From positions 1-64,000 of the forward strand of contig CAWDKY010000024.1 in assembly GCA_963802945.1 (NCBI GenBank): 64,000 nucleotides of DNA, read 5' to 3'. How positions within the stretch are numbered: the first letter of the stretch is position 1; each line of letters begins with the position of its first letter. This document shows, in pieces, positions 54,839 through 64,000 of the stretch. Source of the stretch: an uncultured delta proteobacterium. GTDB taxonomy: Bacteria > Desulfobacterota > RBG-13-43-22. Position numbers and translations under genes: made by a program. The notes under the pieces are model-generated. The model was given only the letters and a program-made list of their open reading frames with translations, was not told where the DNA came from and searched no databases.

Positions 54839-55246
54839 TTGAGGAAGCTTGCTTTTTGCGGCAATGATTGTGATGAGTGTCCGAGATATCTGGCGACAAA
54901 GAGCAATAATGAAAAAGTATTGCAGGAAACAGCCCTTCTTTGGCATCGGCTTGGCTATCGTGATCGGGTCGTATCTCCGCAGGAGATCACCTGCCAGGGA
55001 TGTACGCCCTCCAATTGGTGCCGACATGAAATTACCAAGTGTGTTGTAAAGAAGCAGGTCGACAACTGCGGGGAGTGTGAATTCTACCCTTGCCCGACTA
55101 TCCTGGAAACGTTCGAGAGAACAGAGGCATTTGCCAAAGAAAGCAAAAAAATCTGTTCCCAAGAAGACTATGCCCGCCTTCGAAAGGCCTTTTTCCTGAA
55201 GAAAGAGAACTTGGACAAAATTTATAACGACTGCAGAAAAAGATAA
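54839..55246 (+). CDS. DUF3795-like Cys-rich protein
   Basis: AFCGNDCDECP, CQGC, C.I.KC, NCGEC.FYPC; start uncertain. Confidence 0.8.
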   Translation: MRKLAFCGNDCDECPRYLATKSNNEKVLQETALLWHRLGYRDRVVSPQEITCQGCTPSNWCRHEITKCVVKKQVDNCGECEFYPCPTILETFERTEAFAKESKKICSQEDYARLRKAFFLKKENLDKIYNDCRKR

Positions 55247-55314
55247 ACCACGGATCGTCAGGCAAAATGATTCAATCTCAGGCCACAATATTCTAAAAGA
55301 GCTTCATTTCATTT

Positions 55315-55605
55315 TTAAAAAAGATAGGTTGCACCTGCGCTGTTTAAGATAAATTTTTGGGGCATCTCCTGAGCAAACCGGGGAATGGCTTTCCAGCCGG
55401 AACAATGCCTGGGAACAATATAATCGGGATTTAGAGTCTTCATCTTCTCGACAGTCGGATCGATGCTCTTCTCATTATCTTCGTTTAAATGGAACCCCCC
55501 AAAAAAAACGGCATGACTTTATTCCACAGCGGCAGTCTTCTGAAGGTACTTAATGGTATTTATTATTCCAGCGTGAGAACAGCCTTCAATGACCACCAAA
55601 CACCC
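55315..55605 (-). pseudogene. C-terminal remnant of an MBL-fold metallo-hydrolase
   Basis: LVVIEGCSHAGIINTIKY..*SHAVFFGGFHL..IVPRHCSG..LNSAGATYLF*; internal stop, no N-terminal HxHxDH half. Confidence 0.78.
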
Positions 55606-55611
55606 AGGGCC

Positions 55612-56697
55612 TTATTTATATTGTGAAAAATCCACTCCTCTCACCCGGCCCCTTTCTTCAAACCAAGCTTCTTCGTTGATAGGAGGCGGAACTATCTGGT
55701 CTTGCCCTTTATGAACCAATCGAATGGCCTCTCCGGAACAGGTACTGATGCAAAGCCCGCAACCGATGCATCTTTCCTGAATAATTTGGTAAGCATCCTC
55801 CCCTTCTTCAATGGCCTTTACCTGACATCGTTCTTCAGCACATGTCCCGCATTGAATACATTTTTCCGGATCGATCTCGGCGTAATAATGAGAATTGATG
55901 ACCTTTGAAGCCGGAATCCCCAATCTATTAATGGCCCCCAGCACCCCACAGCAACAACTACAGCAATTGCAGATGTAGAAACGGCCTCCCTGCACATTAT
56001 AGGTCAGGTGGACAAGCCCTAGCTCTTCCGTTTTCTTCAATAAGGCGTAGGCCTCTTCTTTGTTGAGCACCCGGCCCTGAGAGGAATTATCGAAAACCCC
56101 GGGTATGGGAGCGAGGGCTAAACAGACCTGTACCGGGCGGTCGCAGGAGTGGCCCAACAGCTCCTGTTCTTTTTTGCAGACGCAGTCATTGACCAAAAAC
56201 GATTGACTTTGCTCGATAAGGGTGGAAACCTTTTCATAGGATAGGGCTTCCTGTTGGACGGAGATTTCTTTTTCGATAGGAAGCACCTGCATTAATTGAG
56301 GTGTTTTTGAATAAAATTGCCGTCCATAAACCGGTCCATATTCCTCATTAAGCCTGGCGAATTCCTTATCCAACCGACCAAGTTGAAACTCGTATATCCC
56401 AAAAACCCAGGGCAACATTTTGAAAAATCGTGAATCCTCCAACTGAAGGGCGAAGAGCTGCCCTGCCTCTCCCATGGCTACTAACTTTTCTTCCAGTCTT
56501 TCTAGGGAGCGTCCTGTTCTCTGGGCAATCTGCTCCGCTGTTTCAAAGGTCAATCTCAGGTCGCAGAAAAGATTGGCTTGTTCCGGGGTAAAAATTTTTT
56601 TCAAAAGCTTAATCTCAACACCGCTTTCCGTAGCCGGGAACCCGTTCGGTAAGGTATCCAGGACTTGGGCCAATTTATAATACATTTCATCTGCCAT
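55612..56697 (-). CDS. 4Fe-4S dicluster protein
   Basis: LPNGFP, G.YEFQ, CVCK, ICNCCSCCC and two ferredoxin motifs. Confidence 0.88.
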   Translation of the reverse strand: MADEMYYKLAQVLDTLPNGFPATESGVEIKLLKKIFTPEQANLFCDLRLTFETAEQIAQRTGRSLERLEEKLVAMGEAGQLFALQLEDSRFFKMLPWVFGIYEFQLGRLDKEFARLNEEYGPVYGRQFYSKTPQLMQVLPIEKEISVQQEALSYEKVSTLIEQSQSFLVNDCVCKKEQELLGHSCDRPVQVCLALAPIPGVFDNSSQGRVLNKEEAYALLKKTEELGLVHLTYNVQGGRFYICNCCSCCCGVLGAINRLGIPASKVINSHYYAEIDPEKCIQCGTCAEERCQVKAIEEGEDAYQIIQERCIGCGLCISTCSGEAIRLVHKGQDQIVPPPINEEAWFEERGRVRGVDFSQYK

Positions 56698-56920
56698 GTT
56701 TTTTCTCCTTATTTTATTTTAGACACGTTTATCAGGATGTTAGATTCTTAAGCCATAAATCTGAGAAGTTATCTCTAACTTTTTATCCGGTGATTAATGG
56801 TGAAGGCCTGCCTTTGTATTCAAGTGCAAATTTTGGCCCGGCAAAGTAGCTTATGGCTTATTGGTGGACAACATCAACAAACAAGACTCAAAATCACTCA
56901 AAATTTAATTATTTTTAGAT

Positions 56921-57487
56921 TTATTGCCTTCGTTTCTTTCTTTTTCTGGCCTCCAGGTCTTTCAATGCTTGATCGCACCATTCGATGACCATCCGGGCAT
57001 GGCGTCTGCCGAAATCAAGGGACAGGTTCCAGTAGGTTGAATCCTCAGAAAAACCGGCCTTAGTCGATTGACGTTGAATAATGGGTAGTACCTCCACTTC
57101 ATATTTATTAAGTAAATCCGTATAATATTCACGCCAACACTTCAGATGATTTTTAAATTGGTCGGTCGGCAACTGGTTTCCAAAAAAGACCTTTACCAGC
57201 ATCGGGTACCGCGGTTCAGGTGTTTCCGGTGGTTTGGCCAGCCAGCGAAGGAGTTCTTTTCGTCCGTCCTCAGTTACCCGATAGACTTTGCGGTTTGGTT
57301 TTCCTTCCTGTAGTTCAACGGTCGAAATGATCCACCCCTGTCCTTCCATCTGCTTAAGAGTGCGGTAGATCTGGGGCAGGGCAGCATTCCAGAAAAAATG
57401 AATAGACTTTTGAAAAGTACTTTTTAAGTCATAACCAGTGGCCGGTTGATAATGGATCAAACCCAAGAGGGCATGGGGCAGCGACAT
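56921..57487 (-). CDS. PadR family regulator (with AphA-like C-terminal domain)
   Basis: MSLPHALLGL..TGYDL..FFW.A...QIY..L..GKPNRKVY..T..G. Confidence 0.92.
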   Translation of the reverse strand: MSLPHALLGLIHYQPATGYDLKSTFQKSIHFFWNAALPQIYRTLKQMEGQGWIISTVELQEGKPNRKVYRVTEDGRKELLRWLAKPPETPEPRYPMLVKVFFGNQLPTDQFKNHLKCWREYYTDLLNKYEVEVLPIIQRQSTKAGFSEDSTYWNLSLDFGRRHARMVIEWCDQALKDLEARKRKKRRQ

Positions 57488-57514
57488 AGTGATTTCCCCC
57501 AAATAAGTATTTTG

Positions 57515-57562
57515 GTTTATATGAACTTAAGTATATATACCTTTGTTAATATATATTGTCAA
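57515..57562 (-). promoter_or_regulatory. padR promoter with overlapping palindromes
   Basis: TTGACA (57562-57557)-N17-TATATA (57539-57534); palindromes gtttatatgaac (imperfect), gtatatatac, aatatatatt. Confidence 0.55.
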
Positions 57563-57689
57563 GAGGTTTTTTATATTTTCCTCCATTATCGTCTGGTAAA
57601 CTTTAGTGAATTTTCTTATCATGAAAAAATTGGCAAAACCGTATCGATTAGGCTATGGTAATATAAAAACAATCGATGCGGGTCTTGGT

Positions 57690-57821
57690 ATGCAAACCGT
57701 AACCGTATCATCAAGAGATCAAGTCGTTTTACCAAAAACAACCAGGGAAGTTTTGAATCTTCGTCCTGGTCAATTTTACTTTCATTACAATCCATTAAAG
57801 AACAGAAAGGAGGGACTATGA
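57690..57821 (+). pseudogene. Truncated AbrB/MazE/SpoVT-type DNA-binding domain
   Basis: MQTVTVSSRDQVVLPKTTREVLNLRPGQ, then loss of similarity. Confidence 0.65.
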
Positions 57822-58453
57822 CTACTGCTGCAGCCTTGGAAGCCTCGAAGATTTTGCGGGACGGGAATTTGTTTCAATGGTATGTCATCACGCTCTTTGC
57901 CCTGGTGGTCTACGTCTATGCTGTGGAGGTCGAGCGGAAAAATTGGAATCTCTTATTTGCCGGACTGGCCTTCTGGGGGATGGACTGGTTCAACGAGATT
58001 TGGAACGGCATGGTTTTTCACTTCAGCAACTATGCCCCGGTCTGGGGCGCCCCGGGAAAGACAGCCTATCTGCTCCTGATCGGTCTTAACATCGAAATAT
58101 GTTTTATGTTTGCCGTGGCCGGGATCGCCTTTGGAAAGCTTTTGCCCAGCGACAAGCATCTCCGTATCTTAGGTATTCCCAATCGGCTATTTCTGGCCGT
58201 GGTCAATTCAGTCTTTTGTGTCTTTGTGGAAGTTTTGCTCAACAGCGTAGGGGCACTGACTTGGGATTATACCTGGTGGAACTTAAGGGCACCATGGCTC
58301 ATTTTTCTGATAGGTTATCTACCGTTTTTCCTGGTCTCTTTCTGGGTTCATGATATGGACTCGGTTCGCAAAAAGATTTTGACCACAGGGACCATCCTGG
58401 GTGTTGATCTGGCGGCCCTGATCATTTTTGGCACCTGTCTGAAGTGGATTTAG
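57818..58453 (+). CDS. Polytopic membrane protein, unknown function
   Basis: RBS AGGAGG; about six hydrophobic helices; Trp-rich. Confidence 0.8.
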   Translation: MTTAAALEASKILRDGNLFQWYVITLFALVVYVYAVEVERKNWNLLFAGLAFWGMDWFNEIWNGMVFHFSNYAPVWGAPGKTAYLLLIGLNIEICFMFAVAGIAFGKLLPSDKHLRILGIPNRLFLAVVNSVFCVFVEVLLNSVGALTWDYTWWNLRAPWLIFLIGYLPFFLVSFWVHDMDSVRKKILTTGTILGVDLAALIIFGTCLKWI

Positions 58454-58521
58454 CTTGGCAGTCCTAGGAGGGGAAGCCCCTTACTCCCTTTAATGAAAAA
58501 GAGATTTGTGGATAATATGTC

Positions 58522-58551
58522 TTGACTAAAAGCCGGCAAGAATGCTAAAAA
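58522..58551 (+). promoter_or_regulatory. Putative tRNA promoter
   Basis: TTGACT-N18-TAAAAA with an extended TG. Confidence 0.5.
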
Positions 58552-58569
58552 TCTTTACCGGTTTACAAT

Positions 58570-58663
58570 GGAGAGATGCCCGAGTTGGCTTAAGGGGCAC
58601 GACTGGAAATCGTGTGTATGCCCAAAAGGTGTACCGAGGGTTCGAATCCCTCTCTCTCCGCCA
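58570..58663 (+). tRNA. tRNA-Ser (anticodon GGA)
   Basis: Acceptor GGAGAGA/TCTCTCC, discriminator G, CCA; anticodon arm CACGA-CTGGAAA-TCGTG; long variable arm; GGTTCGAATCC. Confidence 0.97.
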
Positions 58664-58670
58664 TTTTCCA

Positions 58671-58753
58671 TTTCGGATTTTGGATGGTGGATGCGGAATG
58701 AAGTGGATTATTCTTTAGCGTAATCCTTACACCTTATATCTTACACCTTATAC
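58671..58753. repeat. Two different heptamer tracts between tRNA-Ser and dnaX
   Basis: ttcggat tttggat ggtggat gcggaat; ccttaca ccttata tcttaca ccttata. Confidence 0.75.
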
Positions 58754-58764
58754 TCGTATTAATT

Positions 58765-60510
58765 ATGTCCTATCTCGTTTTAGCCCGTAAATGCCGGCCC
58801 CAGGTTTTTGAAGAAGTTTTGGGGCAAGGTCATGTAACCCAGACCCTCCAAAACGCCATCAAGGCTGGGCGGGTGGCCCATGCCTATCTGTTCAGTGGAC
58901 CAAGGGGTGTGGGCAAAACCACGGTGGCCCGGATTCTGGCCAAGGCCCTTAATTGCCAGGATGGTCCAACCCCGGTTCCCTGTAACCGATGTACTTCCTG
59001 TCGGGAAATCACCCAAGGGATCAGTCTGGACGTTCAGGAGATCGACGGGGCCTCCAACCGCGGGATTGACGATATCCGGGAATTACGGGAAAGCATTAAA
59101 TACCTGCCGGCCCAGGGGCGCTATAAGATTTATATCATTGATGAAGTCCATATGTTGACCGGCGAGGCCTTTAACGCTCTGCTTAAGACACTGGAAGAGC
59201 CTCCCAAACACGCCCTGTTTATCTTTGCCACCACCGAACTCAACAAGGTCCCCTTAACCATTTATTCCCGTTGCCAGTCTTTTAACTTCCGGCGGGTTTC
59301 TCTGGATGCCATTGTAGACTATCTGAAATCCCTGGCCCTGGGAGAGAAGGTGGCGACTGAAGAAGGGGCCCTGCGTTTGATTGCCCGACAATCCGAAGGA
59401 AGTGTCCGGGACGCTTTGAGCCTGTTGGATCAAATCTTTTCCTTTTCCATGGAAAAAATTACTGAGACGCAGGTCCAGGAAATCCTCGGTTTTGTGGATC
59501 GCCGGATCATCTATGAGGTCGGCTGGGCTGTTTTGGAAAACCAGGTTAAAAAACTTTTGGAACTTATAGCTGAAGTCTATGAGTTCGGTTATGACCTGAA
59601 ACAATTTCTTAAGGACCTGATCGAACACTTTAGGAACCTTCTTCTGATCAAGATGGGACACGACCAGGGACCTTTAGTGGATATTCCTGTGGAAGAGATC
59701 CCCGAGATCAAAGAAAAGATCCGGGATGTGGCGCTGGACTTCCTTCAGGATGGATTGCATTTTTTAATCCAATCCGAAACAGACTTAAGAAGGGCCCCTC
59801 AGCCTCGTCTGGCCTTGGAGATGATTTTGTTGAGAACGGCCCGTTTACGGGAAATCATTCCCATAGATGCCATCCTGGAAAAATTGGAGCAGCTCCAGGG
59901 GCAGGGTTTTCCTTCTCAGGATATTTCAATGGGTTTTAATGCGGCACCCGCAACACCAACTCCAAGAAAAGTCCAATCGTTGAAAGAGCCTCAGCCAGCT
60001 TATTCCAAATACCACCGGCCTGAAAAATCCGAGGAAAAAGCTGTTGAAAAAGAGGCCGCTCCGGTTCCCGTTTCCGAATCTCCGATCGATCCTTCTGCAC
60101 TTAAGGGGGCCGAACCGTTTTCCAAAGAAGGTTTGCTGGAATTTATTCGTCAGCATCATCTTCCTTTGGCAAGCTACCTAGCCCACGGGGAAGTCAGGTT
60201 TGTGGATGAAAATACCCTGGAATGGGATTTTAAAGACAACGCTTTTCAATTGGAGTTGCTGGAAAGCAACAGCAATAAAAAAAAATTGGAAAACATCTGC
60301 CAAGACTTTTTTAAACGAAAGATCAAGCTGTTATTTCTTAGCCCGGGAAAGGTAAACCAAAAAGGCCGGCGGGCTGAGGGGGCTGTCTCTAAACGGCCCC
60401 AAAGGCTCTCTATCAAGGAAGCCCTTGACCAGCCCCAGATCAAAGACCTGATCGATATCTTTCAGGCCGAGGTTGTGGACATCAAAACGCCTCCCGAAAA
60501 TAAAACGTGA
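58765..60510 (+). CDS. dnaX: DNA polymerase III subunit gamma/tau
   Basis: HAYLFSGPRGVGKTT, EIDGASN, IIDEVHML, LLKTLEEPP, SRC. Confidence 0.97.
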   Translation: MSYLVLARKCRPQVFEEVLGQGHVTQTLQNAIKAGRVAHAYLFSGPRGVGKTTVARILAKALNCQDGPTPVPCNRCTSCREITQGISLDVQEIDGASNRGIDDIRELRESIKYLPAQGRYKIYIIDEVHMLTGEAFNALLKTLEEPPKHALFIFATTELNKVPLTIYSRCQSFNFRRVSLDAIVDYLKSLALGEKVATEEGALRLIARQSEGSVRDALSLLDQIFSFSMEKITETQVQEILGFVDRRIIYEVGWAVLENQVKKLLELIAEVYEFGYDLKQFLKDLIEHFRNLLLIKMGHDQGPLVDIPVEEIPEIKEKIRDVALDFLQDGLHFLIQSETDLRRAPQPRLALEMILLRTARLREIIPIDAILEKLEQLQGQGFPSQDISMGFNAAPATPTPRKVQSLKEPQPAYSKYHRPEKSEEKAVEKEAAPVPVSESPIDPSALKGAEPFSKEGLLEFIRQHHLPLASYLAHGEVRFVDENTLEWDFKDNAFQLELLESNSNKKKLENICQDFFKRKIKLLFLSPGKVNQKGRRAEGAVSKRPQRLSIKEALDQPQIKDLIDIFQAEVVDIKTPPENKT

Positions 60511-60567
60511 CTCCACTTTTTTATCCTGTATTCCGCATCAGGAATCGCCGGCATTCGGTATCGGATG

Positions 60568-60750
60568 TTAATTGGCCAACAGACCCAACAGTCCATGGAT
60601 GGCGGCTGTAATCAATAACAGGATTCCAGTCTTTTTATGGACCCCAAAACGCACCTTGATCCAACGAAGCCCTGTGGCCAATTGAAAAAGGAGTAGCAGA
60701 AAATTTACAATACCCAGGATCAATATGATGGATATGCCGCCGATGGCCAT
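60568..60750 (-). CDS. Small two-TM membrane protein with two His
   Basis: RBS AGGAG; VHKKTG..AAIHG; directly downstream of the SOR-like gene. Confidence 0.7.
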   Translation of the reverse strand: MAIGGISIILILGIVNFLLLLFQLATGLRWIKVRFGVHKKTGILLLITAAIHGLLGLLAN

Positions 60751-60822
60751 AACGTCTCCTTCTATGTTAATACGAGAATCTATTTATTTAGGAAAAGCTT
60801 CTAATAATTCCTCTCGACCTTT

Positions 60823-61230
60823 CTATTGTTTAATCGTAATCTTCCACTTGGCCGGGCCGGCACTGCCGTGAATATTACAGTTGGCCTCGGCGATCACTTC
60901 CATCGGCTCATTGACCTGGATCTTGAACTCTCGACTAAAAACAGCATCCTCAGGCCGATTGCCGCTGGTAAATTCCCAGCGGGAGACTTCTTTCCCGTTG
61001 GCCTTAAGCGATACCCAATTGGTATAATGGAAAAAACGCGGGGGGGGGGAAATGGTAGTGTTGGCACTATGAGTTATGGTCAGCTTGATCAGAACCTCCG
61101 AACCCTTGGCCGCCATCTCCGGGGCTGAAATGGTAACAGAGGCTTTGTTGGCGAAGCTGGTTTGGGCGGCAAAAAAGACAGCCAGGAAAAGGAAATAAAA
61201 AAACAACTTCTTGGTAGTCAAGGTTTTCAT
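60823..61230 (-). CDS. Secreted desulfoferrodoxin/superoxide-reductase-like protein
   Basis: RBS GGAGG, Sec signal peptide, H..HY..W and CNIHG metal motif. Confidence 0.72.
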   Translation of the reverse strand: MKTLTTKKLFFYFLFLAVFFAAQTSFANKASVTISAPEMAAKGSEVLIKLTITHSANTTISPPPRFFHYTNWVSLKANGKEVSRWEFTSGNRPEDAVFSREFKIQVNEPMEVIAEANCNIHGSAGPAKWKITIKQ

Positions 61231-61260
61231 AAATTCACCTCCAAATTTTTTAAAGAAAAT

Positions 61261-61330
61261 AGGATTCGAGGATTCCAGGATTCGAGGGTTCAAGGGTTTT
61301 AACTTTCATGCCTTTCACTTGAATCCTTAG
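61261..61330. repeat. Octamer fold-back repeat
   Basis: aggattcg aggattcc aggattcg agggttca agggtttt ... cacttgaatcct. Confidence 0.85.
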
Positions 61331-61376
61331 AATAATTTCCATCTTTCATGGTTCCCGCCACAAACGGGCATGAGTG

Positions 61377-62400
61377 TTAAAAAAAGTTTCGGGCTTCGGC
61401 CGCCACATCCTCCGGCGGATAAAAGGTGAATATTTCATGATGCAATCTTTCAAAATAATTGATCTCGCTGATCATTAAGGGAGGTATTTCGATTCGTGGA
61501 AGTATTTTGGCCAACAGGGAAAAGTGATTTTGTGGTTCCAGGGAGAGATAAAGGGTCATATTCAGGCTATAGATATTTTTGCTCCCCAGAAAAGCCAGGA
61601 CCTTGATGAGCCCTTCGGCAAAATCTTTAAGATGGTCCTCCGAAATGGTTAAAAAATGATCAACTCCTTCCCAGAGGGCCATAATCTCCAGAACTCCCAG
61701 AGGGGCAAAGGCAGAAAGCCAGTGCACGTCTCCGGTGTTTCCGATAAATCGTTCCCCGGTCTTTTTTTCCTGACGGAGGAGATCAGAGAAGAAAGGTTTC
61801 CCATTTTTATTAAAATAATTTTTTGTGTTTTTGAGTATATCCCCCAAATAGCGGGTGGGACGGTCTTGGGCCATAACCTGGAAATGGGGATGGATCAGAC
61901 CGGCACCGGCCAGGGGGAAGAAATTCCAATTAATAGAACCATATTTGTTGCTGGGGTCCTTTTTATGAAGGAGTTGGAAATAATCCCGACAGGCCAAAAG
62001 GGCCTGAAGGATCCATTCGGGGTTAAAGCCGTCTATAGGGACAAAATGTTGGGAGCAAAGGACACAGACCCCGCTGTATTTTTCAATGGGGAAGGCATTA
62101 GGGAAAAGAACGGCCTCCCCTCTTTTGATATGACCTTCCGGGACCCAGTCTTCAAGAAATCGGGCTGCCCTTGGTGCCAGGTTTTCCGGACAGAAAGGGC
62201 AGCCCATCTTCAAGGATTGTTCGACCAAAGGGCTAAGGTCTTCTTTCGCCAAAATCCTGAAACGAAAAGGTACGATTCGGGTTCGGTGCGGGGTTAAAGG
62301 GTCCCGGCGAATTTCTATCTTGACTGTAGTCGGCTTAAACTCATTGAGCGGACTCAGAAAGTTTGAAATAGTCTCTATTTTGGAAAAAGCGTATTCCCAT
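61377..62400 (-). CDS. GalT/HIT-like nucleotidyltransferase, +1 frameshift just after the start
   Basis: RRDPLT, CPFCPEN, FPNAFP, AGAGLIHPHFQ; ATG 62400 (MGIRF) with RBS is one base out of frame at a T run. Confidence 0.78.
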
Positions 62401-62425
62401 GCAATCCCTCTTTTAATCCAATCCG

Positions 62426-63008
62426 CTACATCATCCCATTCTTCCATACTGAAAAGGTCCGGAAAACTCCGATGAGAATAAAAACCACGATACTGACCAC
62501 GATGGTGACAATACAATATCCCATGGCCTTGTCCTTGGGGGTGTCCATCAAAATGGGTAGGCCCAGGTAGAAAAGATAAAGACTGTAAAGAGAGAGGAGC
62601 ACGGCAATGGGTGAGAGGGCCGGAATAATCATCAGGATGCCGGCTATCCAGGAAGGGGTCCAGGAAAAGACGGCCACCTTCATGGCGTTAATCAGATTTT
62701 TTTGAGAGCCGAAATTGGGGGCCAGGGCATCGATAATCAGGGCCACGACATAGATCCCCACCAGGGATAAAACATAAGAGACTACGGCATGGCTGATCCC
62801 CCATCCCAAAGGGAGGCGGTAAGAAAAGCCGAGCATGGAAAAACCCAGCAGGGACAAGCCGATAAACGAGGCTATGGGCGGGATTGCGGCCAATATCATG
62901 GCATAAGAGGTGTACAGCTCTTTGAATGGTTGTCTGTTCGGTTTTAATTTCAGCCCAGGTATCCGTTGGTTTTAAGATGATGTCTTTTACCCTTTGAACG
63001 ATGTTCAT
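62426..63008 (-). CDS. Yip1-domain membrane protein, +1 frameshift near 62925
   Basis: RVK.IILKP...W..I, LAAIP, DALAP.FG..K, LY..YL.YLGLP.LM.TP.DK. Confidence 0.85.
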
Positions 63009-63222
63009 AGTCGGCCTCCTTGGAGAAATATTTTAACCACCTTTAATATGGTATCTTAAATGGCCGATCAGGGTCAAATAAAAAAACAATTAAAAACAAG
63101 CCGGTTCTTGTTTGTGGGGTGAAGGAATCTTAATATTTATCCTCTAAAAGATTCTGTTTCTTGACAAAAGGGCAACCTTTAAGATAAATTAACCTATTAT
63201 TTCCGCAGTAAGGAAACTGAAC

Positions 63223-64000
63223 ATGCCTGAATGGGAAGCGGTTATCGGCCTGGAAGTTCATGCCCAGTTGTTGACTGAAAGTAAAATCTTCTGCGGGTGT
63301 TCCACCCGGTTCGGGGCGGAACCCAATACCCATACCTGCCCGGTATGCCTGGGTTTGCCCGGTTCTTTACCGGTCCTCAATAAAAAAGTGGTTGACTATA
63401 CCCTGCGCATGGCCCTGGCCACCCATTGTTCCATCGCCCCTTACAGTCTTTCGGCCCGAAAAAATTATTTCTATCCCGATCTGCCCAAGGGATATCAGAT
63501 TTCTCAATTTGAATTGCCTTTGGCTGAAAAGGGGTGGATAGATATTGAAGCCCACGGCCGGGTCAAAAGGATAGGCATAACCCGGATTCATATCGAAGAA
63601 GATGCCGGAAAACTGATCCATGACGAGGTTCGCCCGGTCAGTTATGTGGATTTTAACCGGACAGGGGTGCCTTTGATGGAGATTGTCAGCGAGCCTGATC
63701 TGCGGACACCCGAGGAGGCCGGCGAATATCTGAGGCGGTTAAGAGAGATCCTGCGTTATTTGGAGATTTGCGACGGCAATATGGAAGAAGGCAGTTTCCG
63801 TTGTGATGCCAATATCTCCTTGCGGCCCGAGGGGACCTCCGGATTCGGGACCAAGGCCGAGTTAAAAAACATGAATTCTTTTAAACACGTGGAAAAGGCC
63901 CTGGAATTTGAGATCAGACGACAACGGGCCGTTCTGGAAGACGGTGGAGTGATCGACCAGGAAACCCGCCTCTGGGATGCGGCCCGGGGGGTGACCCTGT
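63223..64000 (+). CDS. gatB: Asp/Glu-tRNA amidotransferase subunit B (5' part; runs off the window)
   Basis: [63 protein letters not shown]; absent from the ORF track because there is no stop. Confidence 0.97.
   Translation, partial: MPEWEAVIGLEVHAQLLTESKIFCGCSTRFGAEPNTHTCPVCLGLPGSLPVLNKKVVDYTLRMALATHCSIAPYSLSARKNYFYPDLPKGYQISQFELPLAEKGWIDIEAHGRVKRIGITRIHIEEDAGKLIHDEVRPVSYVDFNRTGVPLMEIVSEPDLRTPEEAGEYLRRLREILRYLEICDGNMEEGSFRCDANISLRPEGTSGFGTKAELKNMNSFKHVEKALEFEIRRQRAVLEDGGVIDQETRLWDAARGVTL

Noticed and set aside
52990-58663. Genomic island integrated at tRNA-Ser
   Set aside because: The accessory genes lie 5' of the tRNA; no duplicated tRNA 3' end or integrase was found.
58664-58764. SRP RNA (ffs), often found before dnaX
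   Set aside because: No SRP domain IV motif; the gap is filled by heptamer repeats.

Overview
Most of the window (about 7095-64000) is chromosomal DNA of an anaerobic Desulfobacterota/deltaproteobacterium-like organism; the taxonomy is inferred from gene order and content. It carries rho-rpmE-DUF1385-prfA-prmC-murA-comEC, carD-PIN/TRAM-rluD, hemB-ahbD-ahbA, CIRCE-groES-groEL, mutS2, tRNA-Ser(GGA)-dnaX, the 5' part of gatB, an acyl-CoA catabolic operon and a small accessory patch around an AT-rich HNH nuclease gene. The first ~7.1 kb differs in composition (CG-rich) and holds a polysaccharide-modification cluster: MBOAT plus SGNH O-acyltransferase, GT4 glycosyltransferases and a methyltransferase. 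It is joined to the rest mid-gene at ~7093-7097, where a truncated methyltransferase abuts the 3' end of an unrelated VOC gene, so it is either an assembly chimera or a raw rearrangement. At least 13 frameshifts, nearly all +1 and including groEL and murA, point to long-read error. The most distinctive unexplained signal is a dispersed family of 7- and 8-nt tandem repeats in fold-back arrangement. They lie mostly just after stop codons at more than a dozen gene junctions, and some enclose other small palindromes. Also seen: MITE-like ends, an attC-like hairpin before the HNH gene, and cryptic gene remnants (an inverted GT copy, an internally deleted NtrC-type gene, an MBL-fold C-terminus, an AbrB N-terminus). 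No CRISPR array, rRNA or intact transposase/integrase was found. All calls come from reading the sequence; no database searches were run.
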